From the NCBI RefSeq assembly GCF_000981445.1, contig NW_012237203.1, forward strand, positions 1-45,585: a stretch of 45,585 nt of DNA. The letters are read 5' to 3'. Each line of letters begins with the position of its first letter. The stretch's first letter is position 1. A program made the translations under genes and the position numbers. This stretch comes from Babesia bigemina. Taxonomy: Eukaryota. The notes below the pieces were generated by a model. It was not told the origin of the DNA and did no database searches. It worked only from the letters and a program-made list of their open reading frames with translations. Below, piece by piece: positions 8,874 to 18,375 of the stretch.

Positions 8874-11800
8874 GGATGTAGAGTGGGTTAAGGAGCGATG
8901 TAGAGTGGGTTAGGGAGCGATGTAGAGTGGGTTAAGGGAGCGATGTAGTGTGGGTTAGGGAGCGATGTAGAGTGGGTTAGGGGCGATGTAGAGTGGATAA
9001 GGGGCGATGCAGAGTGGGTTAAGGAGCGATGTGGAGTGGGTTAGGGAGCGATGTAGAGTGGGTTAGGGAGCGATGAAGAGTGGGTAAGGGGCGATGTGGA
9101 GTGGGTAAAGGGGCGATGTAGAGTGGATAAGGGGCGATGTGGAGTGGGTAAAGGGGCGATGAAGAGTGGGTTAGGGAGCGATGTAGAGTGGGTTAGGGAG
9201 CGATGAAGAGTGGATAAAGGGGCGATGTAGAGTGGATAAAGGGGCGATGTGAAGTGGGTTAGGGAGCGATGAAGAGTGGATAAAGGGGCGATGTAGAGTG
9301 GATAAAGGAGCGATGTAGAGTGGGTTAGGGAGCGATGAAGAGTGGATAAAGGGGCGATGTAGAGTGGATAAAGGAGCGATGTAGAGTGGATTAGAAAGCG
9401 ATGTAGAGTGGGTAAGGGAGCGATGTAGAGTGGATAAAGGGGCGATGTAGAGTGGATAAGGGAGCGATGTAGAGTGGGTAAAGAAGCGATGTAGAGTCGG
9501 TAAAGGGGCGATGTAGAGTGGATGAAGGGGCGATGTAGAGTGGATAAAGGAGCGATGTAGAGTGGGTTAGGGAGCGATGTGGAGTGGGTTAGGGAGCGAT
9601 GTGGAGTGGTTTAAGGGGCGATGTAGAGTGGGTTAGGGAGCGATGTGGAGTGGATTAGGGAGCGATGTAGAGTGGATAAGGGAGCGATGTGGAGTGGGTT
9701 AGGGAGCGATGTGGAGTGGTTTAAGGGGCGATGTAGAGTGGGTAAGGGAGCGATGTGGAGTGGATTAGGGAGCGATGTAGAGTGGGTAAAGGGGCGATGT
9801 AGAGTGGATAAGGGAGCGATGTAGAGTGGGTAAAGAAGCGATGTAGAGTCGGTAAAGGGGCGATGTAGAGTGGATGAAGGGGCGATGTAGAGTGGATAAA
9901 GGAGCGATGTAGAGTGGGTTAGGGAGCGATGTGGAGTGGGTTAGGGAGCGATGTGGAGTGGTTTAAGGGGCGATGTAGAGTGGGTTAGGGAGCGATGTGG
10001 AGTGGATTAGGGAGCGATGTAGAGTGGATAAGGGAGCGATGTGGAGTGGGTTAGGGAGCGATGTGGAGTGGTTTAAGGGGCGATGTGGAGTGGGTTAGGG
10101 AGCGATGTGGAGTGGGTAAAGGAGCGATGTAGAGTGGATGAAGCGGCGATGTAGAGTGGGTTAGGGAGCGATGTAGAGTGGATAAAGGGGCGATGTAGAG
10201 TGGATAAAGGGGCGATGTAGAGTGGGTTAAGGAGCGATGTAGAGTGGGTTAAGGGGCGATGTAGAGCGGATAAAGGGGCGATGTAGAGTGGGTTAAGGGG
10301 CGATGTAGAGTGGATAAAAAGGCGATGTGGAGTGGGTTAGGGAGCGATGAAGAGTGGATTAAGGAGCGATGTAGAGTGGGTTAGGGAGCGATGTGGAGTG
10401 GGTAAAGGGGCGATGTGGAGTGGGTAAAGGGGCGATGTGGAGTGGATAAGGGGCGATGTGGAGTGGATAAAGGAGCGATGTAGAGTGGATAAAGGGGCGA
10501 TGTAGAGTGGATAAGGGAGCGATGTAGAGTGGATAAAGGGGCGGTGAAGAGTGGGTTAAGGAGCGATGTGGAGTGGATAAAGGGGCGATGTAGAGTGGGT
10601 TAGGGAGCGATGTAGAGTGGGTTAAGGAGCGATGTAGAGTGGGTTAGGGAGCGATGTAGAGTGGACAAAGGGGCGATGTAGAGTGGGTTAGGGAGCGATG
10701 TAGAGTGGATAAAGGAGCGATGTAGAGTGGATAAAGGGGCGATGTAGAGTGGGTTAGGGAGCGATGTGGAGTGGATAAGGGAGCGATGAAGAGTGGGTAA
10801 AGGGGCGATGTAGAGTGGATAAAGGGGCGATGTGGAGTGGATAAAGGGGCGATGTAGAGTGGGTTAGGGAGCGATGTAGAGTGGATTAGGGAGCGATGTA
10901 GAGTGGGTTAAGGAGCGATGTGGAGTGGATTAGGGAGCGATGTAGAGTGGATAAGGGGCGATGTAGAGTGGGTTAGGGAGCGATGTAGAGTGGGTAAAGG
11001 GGCGATGTAGAGTGGGTAAAGGGGCGATGTAGAGTGGGTTAGGGAGCGATGTAGAGTGGATAAAGGGGCGATGTAGAGTGGGTTAAGGAGCGATGTGGAG
11101 TGGGTAAAGGGGCGATGTAGAGTGGATAGAGGAGCGATGTGGAGTGGGTTAGGGAGCGATGTAGAGTGGATAAGGGGCGATGTAGAGTGGGTAAAGGGCG
11201 ATGTAGAGTGGATAAAGGGGCGATGTAGAGTGGGTTAAGGGGCGATGTAGAGTGGATAAAGGGGCGATGTAGAGTGGGTTAAGGGGCGATGTAGAGTGGG
11301 TTAAGGGGCGATGTGGAGTGGGTAAAGGGGCGATGTGGAGTTGGTAAAGGGGCGATGTGGAGTGGATAAGGGGCGATGTGGAGTGGATAAAGGAGCGATG
11401 TAGAGTGGATAAAGGGGCGATGTAGAGTGGATAAGGGAGCGATGTAGAGTGGATAAAGGGGCGGTGAAGAGTGGGTTAAGGAGCGATGTGGAGTGGATAA
11501 AGGGGCGATGTAGAGTGGATAAAGGGGCGATGTAGAGTGGGTTAGGGAGCGATGTAGAGTGGGTTAGGGAGCGATGTAGAGTGGGTTAGGGAGCGATGTA
11601 GAGTGGATAAGGGGCGATGTAGAGTGGATAAAGGGGCGATGTAGAGTGGATAAGGGGCGATGTAGAGTGGATAAGGGAGCGATGTAGAGTGGGTTAAGAG
11701 GCGATGTAGAGTGGGTAAAAGGGCGATGTAGAGTGGGTTAAGGGGCGATGTAGGGTGGATAAGGGGCGATGTAGAGTGGGTTAAGGGGCGATGTAGAGTG

Positions 11801-12045
11801 GGTAAAGGGGCGATGGAGAGTGGGTTAAGGGGCGATGGAGAGTGGGTTAAGGGGCGATGGAGAGTGGGTTAAGGGGCGATGTCGAGTGGATAAAGGGGCG
11901 ATGTGGAGTGGATAAGGAGCGATGTAGAGTGGGTTAAGGGGCGATGTAGAGTGGTTAAAGGGGCGATGTAGAGTGGATAAGGAGCGATGTAGAGTGGGTT
12001 AAGGGGCGATGTAGAGTGGTTAAAGGGGCGATGTAGAGTGGATGA
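8874..12045. repeat. 22-bp minisatellite array 2 (~3.2 kb)
   Basis: Same unit as array 1, with internal block duplications. Confidence 0.97.
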
Positions 12046-12091
12046 TAAATACCACTTTAGTCACCACTTAGGTCAGGTGCTTGGTCACCAC

Positions 12092-12291
12092 TGTCATCGC
12101 TGTAGTAACCATGTCATCGCTGCCGTAACCATGTCATCGCTGCCGTGACCATGTCACCGCTGCCGTGACCATGTCATCGCTGCCGTGACCAGTCATCGCT
12201 GCCGTGACCATTTCATCGCTGCCGTGTCCATGTCATCGCTGCCGTAACCATGTCATCGCTGCCGTGACCATGTCACCGCTGCCGTGACCAT
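12092..12291. repeat. 20-bp minisatellite CATGTCATCGCTGCCGTGAC (~10 copies)
   Basis: Direct inspection. Confidence 0.92.
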
Positions 12292-12294
12292 AAC

Positions 12295-12555
12295 TTGGTA
12301 ATCACGTTGGTCAGCACATTGGTCAGCACTTTGGTCAGCACCTTGGTCAGCACATAGGCCACCACTTTGGTCGTGGCATTGGTCAACACTTTGGTCATGG
12401 CATTGGTCAGCACGTTGGTCATGGCATTGGTCAGCACTTTGGTCATCACCTTGGTCACCACTCTGGTCACCACGTTGGTCATCACTTTGGTCAGCACTTT
12501 GGTCATGGCATTGGTCACCACTCTGGTCATGGCATTGGTCAGCACGTTGGTCACC
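12295..12555. repeat. 12-bp TTGGTCA-core repeat
   Basis: Direct inspection. Confidence 0.9.
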
Positions 12556-12678
12556 TCACTGCTCATGTGACTGGTCATCAACGCGATCATTACTCTGTCT
12601 AGAACATTAGATGTCAGTTGCCAGTTACGTGATCATTGGGATTTGGATTACATTGTTTACGCTAACAAATCGCTGAGA

Positions 12679-12840
12679 TTAGCTGTAGAATGCGATGCAG
12701 AACGGTATCTTGCGTACGAGGAAATCGCGGATGTTGCGGCCCACCGGGAAGCGGAAGATGCACAGGTCGAGCAGGATGATGGCGACGATGATGGCAACGA
12801 TGACGGCGGCGATGGCGGAGTAGGGAGGGTCATGGTCACC
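12679..12840 (-). pseudogene. Orphan transmembrane-plus-tail coding fragment without start codon
   Basis: A frame not in the ORF track reads GDHDPPYSAIAAVIVAIIVAIILLDLCIFRFPVGRNIRDFLVRKIPFCIAFYS*, i.e. a clear hydrophobic helix followed by a basic tail. TGA lies immediately upstream. Confidence 0.6.
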
Positions 12841-12923
12841 TCACTGCTCATGTGATTTGTCATCAACGCAATCACTACTCTGTCTACAACATTACATGTC
12901 AGTGGCCAGTTCGGTTATTGTGA

Positions 12924-13058
12924 CTAGCTGCGCAGTAGATACCGCACCCTGTGGAACGGCCGAATGCGGAAGTAGATCATGACGCAGATGACGACGATGA
13001 TGAAAGCGACGGAGGCGATGATGTAAGGGGCGGGGGAGGTAGTCACCTCGCTGCTCAT
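12924..13058 (-). pseudogene. Duplicate of the TM/tail of the Cys-rich gene; forms a 44-aa mini-ORF
   Basis: Reads MSSEVTTSPAPYIIASVAFIIVVICVMIYFRIRPFHRVRYLLRS*, a copy of the 3' end of 13129-13599. Confidence 0.6.
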
Positions 13059-13128
13059 GCGATTGATCATCAACGCAATCATTACTGTCTATAACATTAG
13101 ATGTCAGTTGCCAGTTAGATGATTGTAA

Positions 13129-13599
13129 TCAGCTGCGCAGTAGATACCGCACCCTGTGGAACGGCCGGATGCGGAAGTAGATCATGGCGCAGATGACGAC
13201 GATGATGAGGGCGACGGGGGTGATGATGTAAGGGAGGGGATTAAAATTGGATGACGTAGAGTCATCGGTAGAAGATGCTCGAAGAGAGACGCTGTCAGAG
13301 AGCTGTTGAGTGGAGATTTGAGACAGAGCGCCGGGGGCAGAAGCAACAAACCGTTCACCGGTGGAAGTACGAACATAGACAGCAGGGCGTTTTGCCACAC
13401 AACAGTAACATTGACAGCTGGTGTCACATTTTTGACATCTCGAATGATCGCACAGCCATGCTCCACTCATGCGCGAAATTCGGAAACTGGCACATAGACG
13501 ACAATATTTGTTACATCCCCTACAACACCATGAACAGCATTTACAGTCACGCTTTGTACAGCTCTTGCCACACGTACACGGAGGAGTCCAATCACTCAT
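13129..13599 (-). CDS. Small Cys-rich protein with C-terminal TM anchor (156 aa), unknown function
   Basis: ATG at 13599 (MSDWTPPCTCGK). It has 18 Cys in the first ~67 aa, a Ser-rich linker, TM PYIITPVALIIVVICAMIYF and tail RIRPFHRVRYLLRS. The paralog at 28257-28730 keeps all 18 Cys while other residues diverge. Confidence 0.8.
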   Translation of the reverse strand: MSDWTPPCTCGKSCTKRDCKCCSWCCRGCNKYCRLCASFRISRMSGAWLCDHSRCQKCDTSCQCYCCVAKRPAVYVRTSTGERFVASAPGALSQISTQQLSDSVSLRASSTDDSTSSNFNPLPYIITPVALIIVVICAMIYFRIRPFHRVRYLLRS

Positions 13600-13606
13600 C
13601 TTCCCA

Positions 13607-14443
13607 CTCCCAGTCCCCTCAACCTGCAAACTTATCAATCACCTAGCAACGCACTCACCAACTGCAACACTTACACTGCCGCTCCCAGTCCCCTCAACTG
13701 CGAACATATCAATCACTTAAGCAGCACTCACCAACTGCAACACTACCACTGCCGCTCCCAGTCCCCTCAACCTGCAAACATATCAATCACCTAAGCAAGC
13801 ACTCACCAACTGCAACACTTACACTGCCGCTCCCACTCCCCTCAACCTGCAAACATATCAATCACCTAAGCAAGCACTCACCAACTGCAACACTTACACT
13901 GCCGCTCCCACTCCCCTCAACCTGCAAACATATCAATCACCTAAGCAAGCACTCACCAACTGCAACACTACCACTGCCGCTCCCAGTCCCCTCAACCTGC
14001 AAACATATCAATGACCTAAGCAGCACTCACCAACTGCAACACGTACACTGCCGCTCCCAGTCCCCTCAATCTACAAACATGTCAATCACTTCATCAAGCA
14101 CTCACCAACTGCAACACGTACTACTGCGGCTACCACTCCCCTCAACCTGCAAACTTATCAATCACCTAGCAACGCACTCACCAACTGCAACACTACCACT
14201 GCCGCGCCCAGTCCCCTCAACCTGCAAACATGTCAATCACTCAAGCAGCACTCACCAACTGCAACACTACCACTGCCGCGCCCAGTCCCCTCAACCTGCG
14301 AACATATCAATCACCAAGCAACGCACTCACCAACTGCAACACTACCACTGCCGCGCCCAGTCCCCTCAGCCTGCGAACATATCAATCACCTAACTAACGC
14401 ACTCACCAACTGCAACACTACCACTGCCGCGCCCAGTCCCCTC
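13607..14443 (-). repeat. ~74-bp tandem repeat, 11 units, each resembling an exon plus a ~34-38 nt GT-AG intron
   Basis: The minus-strand unit is GTTGAGGGGACTGGGAGCGGCAGTGGTAGTGTTGCAGTTG | GTGAGTGCTGCTTAGGTGATTGATATGTTTGCAG. Only 2 units occur at the paralogous position 28749-28905. Confidence 0.85.
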
Positions 14444-14956
14444 ATGAACACTTACCCTCACCCCTGTATCCCCCCAGCCCAGGCCACCGACACCCACGCT
14501 GCCCAGGATACCACAGCTCCACCTGACGCGACGCATGTGATTATCACCAACTGTCACTTTAAATTATTCACTATTCGCAACGCCATAAAAATTGCAGCGA
14601 CCCGTGCGCTCAACTCCCACAGTGCAGCAGCACCGTGCTACGAGCCGCGGTATCGGCGCCATACTGGCGGAGCGTGTCGGCTACGTGCCTAAATGTGATA
14701 TTAACAATCGCTACATCGCTGCCTATAAACGCCATTTAACCAGGCCAACGCGGATTACGCCACCCTGCCAGTGACTCGCAACACACTACTTGGGTCACCC
14801 GCCGCGGCCCTCACGACCGCCTACGTTAGCAACCAATCACCCAGCCTCACGTGACACCAACTCACTGGGCAACGCGGACACCTCTCACAGTCAACGCGTT
14901 ACTCAACGCACCAGGCAATCAACGTGCTACAACACCCACCATATTACGGTTCATCC
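14444..14956 (-). promoter_or_regulatory. Conserved non-repetitive block upstream of the Cys-rich gene (putative promoter/5' leader)
   Basis: Colinear and highly similar to 28905-29420. It contains CCAATCA and CACGTG (14848-14853) in both copies. Function is inferred from position only. Confidence 0.45.
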
Positions 14957-15447
14957 GCCAGCTTAGCACTTTGCCTGTGTGCTAGCTTATCACTTTGCCT
15001 GGTTGCTAGGTCAACACGTTGCCTGGTTGCCAGCTTAGCACTTTGCCTGATTGCCAGCTTAGCACTTTGCCTGGGTGCCAGCTTAGCACTTTGCCTGGTT
15101 GCCAGCTTACCACTTTGCCTGGTTGCTATGTTAGCACTTAGCCTGGGTGCTAGCTTACCACTCTGCTTGCGTGTAAGCTTACCACTTTGCCTGGTTGCCA
15201 GCTTAGCACTTTGCCTGGTTGCTAGCTTAGCACGTTGCCTGGGTGCTAGGTTACCACTTTGCCTGGGTGCTAGCTCAGCACTTTGCCTGCGTGCTTGCTT
15301 AGCACTTTGCCTGCGTGCTTGCTTAGCACTTTGGCTGGTTGCTAGGTTAGCACGTTGCCTGGTTGCCAGCTTAGCACTTTGCCTAGGTGCTAGTTTAGCA
15401 CTTAGCCTGGATGCTAGCCTAGCACTTAGCCTGGTTGCTAGGTTACC
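14957..15447. repeat. 24-bp minisatellite AGCTTAGCACTTTGCCTGGTTGCC (~20 copies)
   Basis: Direct inspection. It explains the SLALCLVA periodicity of ORF 14924-15466. Confidence 0.92.
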
Positions 15448-15611
15448 ATGTTACTTTGTCCTTTAGTCATAACCTAATCTAGGTGCTATTTAGTTCGCAG
15501 GTTGCCGCTAGAGAAATTCGAGACATTAGATTACGTTTGTCGGTTAGGTGAGTAGGTGATTCGCTAAGTGAGTAGTTACGTGAGTTGTGTGAATTACAAA
15601 TGTGACGATGA

Positions 15612-17117
15612 TCACGGTTGCAGGTACGATATCTTGGCAAGCCTTCCGACTTGCGCTGCCGCCAACAATGATTGCGCCGTTATCTTGTGCGATGACGGTG
15701 ATCGTAAGTGTGAGCGTATGTGGAGCACATCCAGTCTGCCAACCATGACGCAGATGAGGTAGAAGAGGGACAGTGACCAGAGTGCGACGGTCATCCACAG
15801 GAATGGTGCGCGGATGGTGAACAGGAATTCGTCGCACTCTTTGAACAATGCTGTGAAATGCGTCGATTGCAGTACATTTTTCAGTTGTATGTAAAAATGA
15901 TGGCAATAACTCTTACTGGTATCGCCGTGTAATTTAGTCGAATCGCGAAAAGTGAATCCGTAACTGTAAAAAGTACTACTTACACCGCGGCATTCGACAA
16001 TTCCGCGACACTGACAGTTCTCCATGCCGTGCTTACCGCGAGAACATTTCGTTCCATGAGTACAACGACTGCATCCCCAGTCGCGGCAGGAAATATTGCC
16101 GAATGAGTCCAGCAGTGATTTCAGGCAATCGTACAATGCCAATGGTAAATAGAGAGCCCATGAGAAATACAGTTCTGAATGCTTCTCGGCGAGATAGGTA
16201 TATGAATCGTCGCATAGAGCTCTGAGATAAGGAGCGCAATGAATCTTATCGCTACTAGCAAACGTACAATTCGTCTCCGCGGAGAGCGTAGACAGGTCGG
16301 CTTCTGAGTATGTTTTATGCTCTTCGAGACGGTGGCTGTGATATGCATCGCGAAGCGCATTCGTGAAGTCACTCGTGTCCTTGTACAGTTCGATGGACAT
16401 CTCCTTGGTAGCCGTTTCAAATGCTGTTTTGACTGCATTGCCATTGACGCCTTTACTATTGTCCAGCATACGCACCAATGTCGAAACAAACTGGTAGTGT
16501 TCTGGTAATGTAGACGGCGGTTTGGGCATCAAGCAAAGCAACGATGAATATTGCACATTGACGAAGAATTTAGTCAGCGCTTTGCATAGGTCCTCACCTG
16601 TCTTCATACCACCGGAAAAGCCACGGAAGCCGAGAGGCGTCAGGCAAGGTTGGCCGGGGAGAACCTTTGGACACGTCGCACATTTGGCCTTGCAACCGAT
16701 GCTGCTTACCTGGTGAGGCAAGTGGCCGGTAAGGCAATCGGACAAATAAGACTGAAGTGGCGATGTTGGTTGGCACTTTGCCAGGCACGTTGGTTGACCA
16801 TCTGCTTGGCACGCTGCTTTGCCCGTTGAGTGATCATTACACTGCGATTTAGATGACTCTACGCCTTTACCGTACCAACAGTCGGACCAACCGCGATGTT
16901 CGGCAGTCAACTTACACTGGCTGTGCAAGAAGTTGAGCGATGGCAATAAACTACGGAGGATGTCAAGCAGCATTTGTAGGCAGTCGTAGCCTTTGGACGG
17001 GTAGTGTAGATTTAGTGAATTACTGCAAAAGTCGACGGCGTACATGGAGTACGCGTCTCCTGTGCCGAGGATTGCAGTCAGCAGATCGTATGATCTCAGA
17101 CATAGGTGGCGCACTGC
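15612..17117 (-). pseudogene. ves1: 3' part of interrupted ves1-like gene (ves-B)
   Basis: AVRHLCLRSYDLL...TM...HLRSPSSHKITAQSLLAAAQVGRLAKISYLQP aligns with AVKRLCSRSHDIL... of ves-C. It joins in frame to 21454-25530 once the element and one TSD copy are removed. Confidence 0.88.
17105..17117. repeat. Target-site duplication, left copy (GGTGGCGCACTGC)
   Basis: Identical 13-mer at 21441-21453. The flanking bases differ on both sides. Confidence 0.93.
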
Positions 17118-17203
17118 TCTTGTTAAATTAAGTTATCTCATCTTATAGTGTGCTATGTGGCTACGTGCCTAGGGCCGGTTTTCGTGTTTGCGGGGCTAAC
17201 GCC

Positions 17204-18280
17204 TCACGCTGAAACCGGTTGCGGGATCCACGCCGGTCCATTGCCGGACGTCACTGGTGCCATCCATGCGGGCATCCATCCAGTTTGGGCTTGAGGGTCT
17301 TCTACGGAATCGTAGTCTTCTTTCGGCTTCATATCCCTCATCACTATTTTATGTGTTTCTTGGATCACTACCCTTTGTATGTGGGCTTCCATGCGATCCG
17401 ATATGCCCAGGTCCCGTCTATACTTGCTGTGTTCTTTCGTCACTATTCCCTCCCACGTCATAACGTAGGGGATAACCCTGATCTTGGTGTGCTGGTTAAA
17501 CTGTCGCGCCTTGAGGTCCTCAATAAGGTCTTCATACTTCTGCTTCTTGAACTTCTCCGTATCCACTAGGTTGTCTTGATTGGTGATTCCTATCTCCACG
17601 ATGGTTATGGTGTTCCTCCGCCGATCCGCCAGGATGATGTCTGGCCTGTTGTATTCCTTAGTCTTCTGAGTCTTGACCGTCTTGTCGTACGCGATCCATC
17701 CGTATTTTCCATGTACTTCACTCTCGATCTTGTGGGCGTCTATCTTCTCCTTGGGTAGTCCTATTTGCCTCCCGAGTACTGAGTGGACCCGTTTTGCTAC
17801 CTCGTTGTGCCTCTTCGTATATTCTAGGTGTAGTAGTTTCTGGCACTTCGTCGCGAGGTGATCCACGTTCTTGCCGTTGTTGCATCTTGTGCATTTCTTG
17901 GACGAAGACATCCATTGCAGATTCCTATCCTGGACTTCCGCTACGTTCGCTTCTTCTTCCGGAGTGAGTATTCCACACGTCAGGTACAAGGACGACGCCT
18001 CAATGTCCAGCTTGGGGTCCTCACGCTTGGCATACAGGACCTTATGAGTTGATTTTACGTGCATTCTGTTGTACAGCCATTTGTTTTGGGCCACCCTGAG
18101 GTCCCTGAGGCTCTTGTCCGTAGTGTCCTCCATTCCGAATTCCATTCCATATCTTCCTTCCAGGTGCATCTTGATGTGAGATATGTGCGCGTATGTGTCG
18201 CGAAAATGCTGCATGATCGCAGCTCTCCTGGTTGACGTCACCTCGTCTGCTGAAAGCGTCAACCACAGTCGTAGCAGCAT
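17204..18280 (-). CDS. C-terminal part of retrotransposon ORF: CCHC knuckle plus PD-(D/E)xK restriction-like endonuclease
   Basis: Motifs CTRCNNGKNVDHLATKC, YTKRHNEVAKRVH, NRPDIIL, IVEIGIT and KKQKYEDL occur in the canonical RLE order. Separated from the RT part by frameshifts. Confidence 0.88.
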   Translation of the reverse strand: MLLRLWLTLSADEVTSTRRAAIMQHFRDTYAHISHIKMHLEGRYGMEFGMEDTTDKSLRDLRVAQNKWLYNRMHVKSTHKVLYAKREDPKLDIEASSLYLTCGILTPEEEANVAEVQDRNLQWMSSSKKCTRCNNGKNVDHLATKCQKLLHLEYTKRHNEVAKRVHSVLGRQIGLPKEKIDAHKIESEVHGKYGWIAYDKTVKTQKTKEYNRPDIILADRRRNTITIVEIGITNQDNLVDTEKFKKQKYEDLIEDLKARQFNQHTKIRVIPYVMTWEGIVTKEHSKYRRDLGISDRMEAHIQRVVIQETHKIVMRDMKPKEDYDSVEDPQAQTGWMPAWMAPVTSGNGPAWIPQPVSA

Positions 18281-18375
18281 GCTTCCGCTCTAAATACCAT
18301 GCTGTGGAGCCCTCTCCCCATCTCTTTCCGGGGGAGGTAGAGCCTCTGTGTGTTCGCCCACTTCTTGTGTCCGCC

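Noticed and set aside
14924..15466. 180-aa SLALCLVA hydrophobic repeat ORF
   Set aside because: It is a translation of the 24-bp minisatellite with a non-ATG start, and it is not preserved at the paralogous array 29421-29606.
18042..18375. C-terminal ~110 aa of the 1067-aa track ORF (ADTRSGRTHRGST...)
   Set aside because: This is out-of-frame read-through after the first frameshift. The conserved motifs lie in the other two frames.
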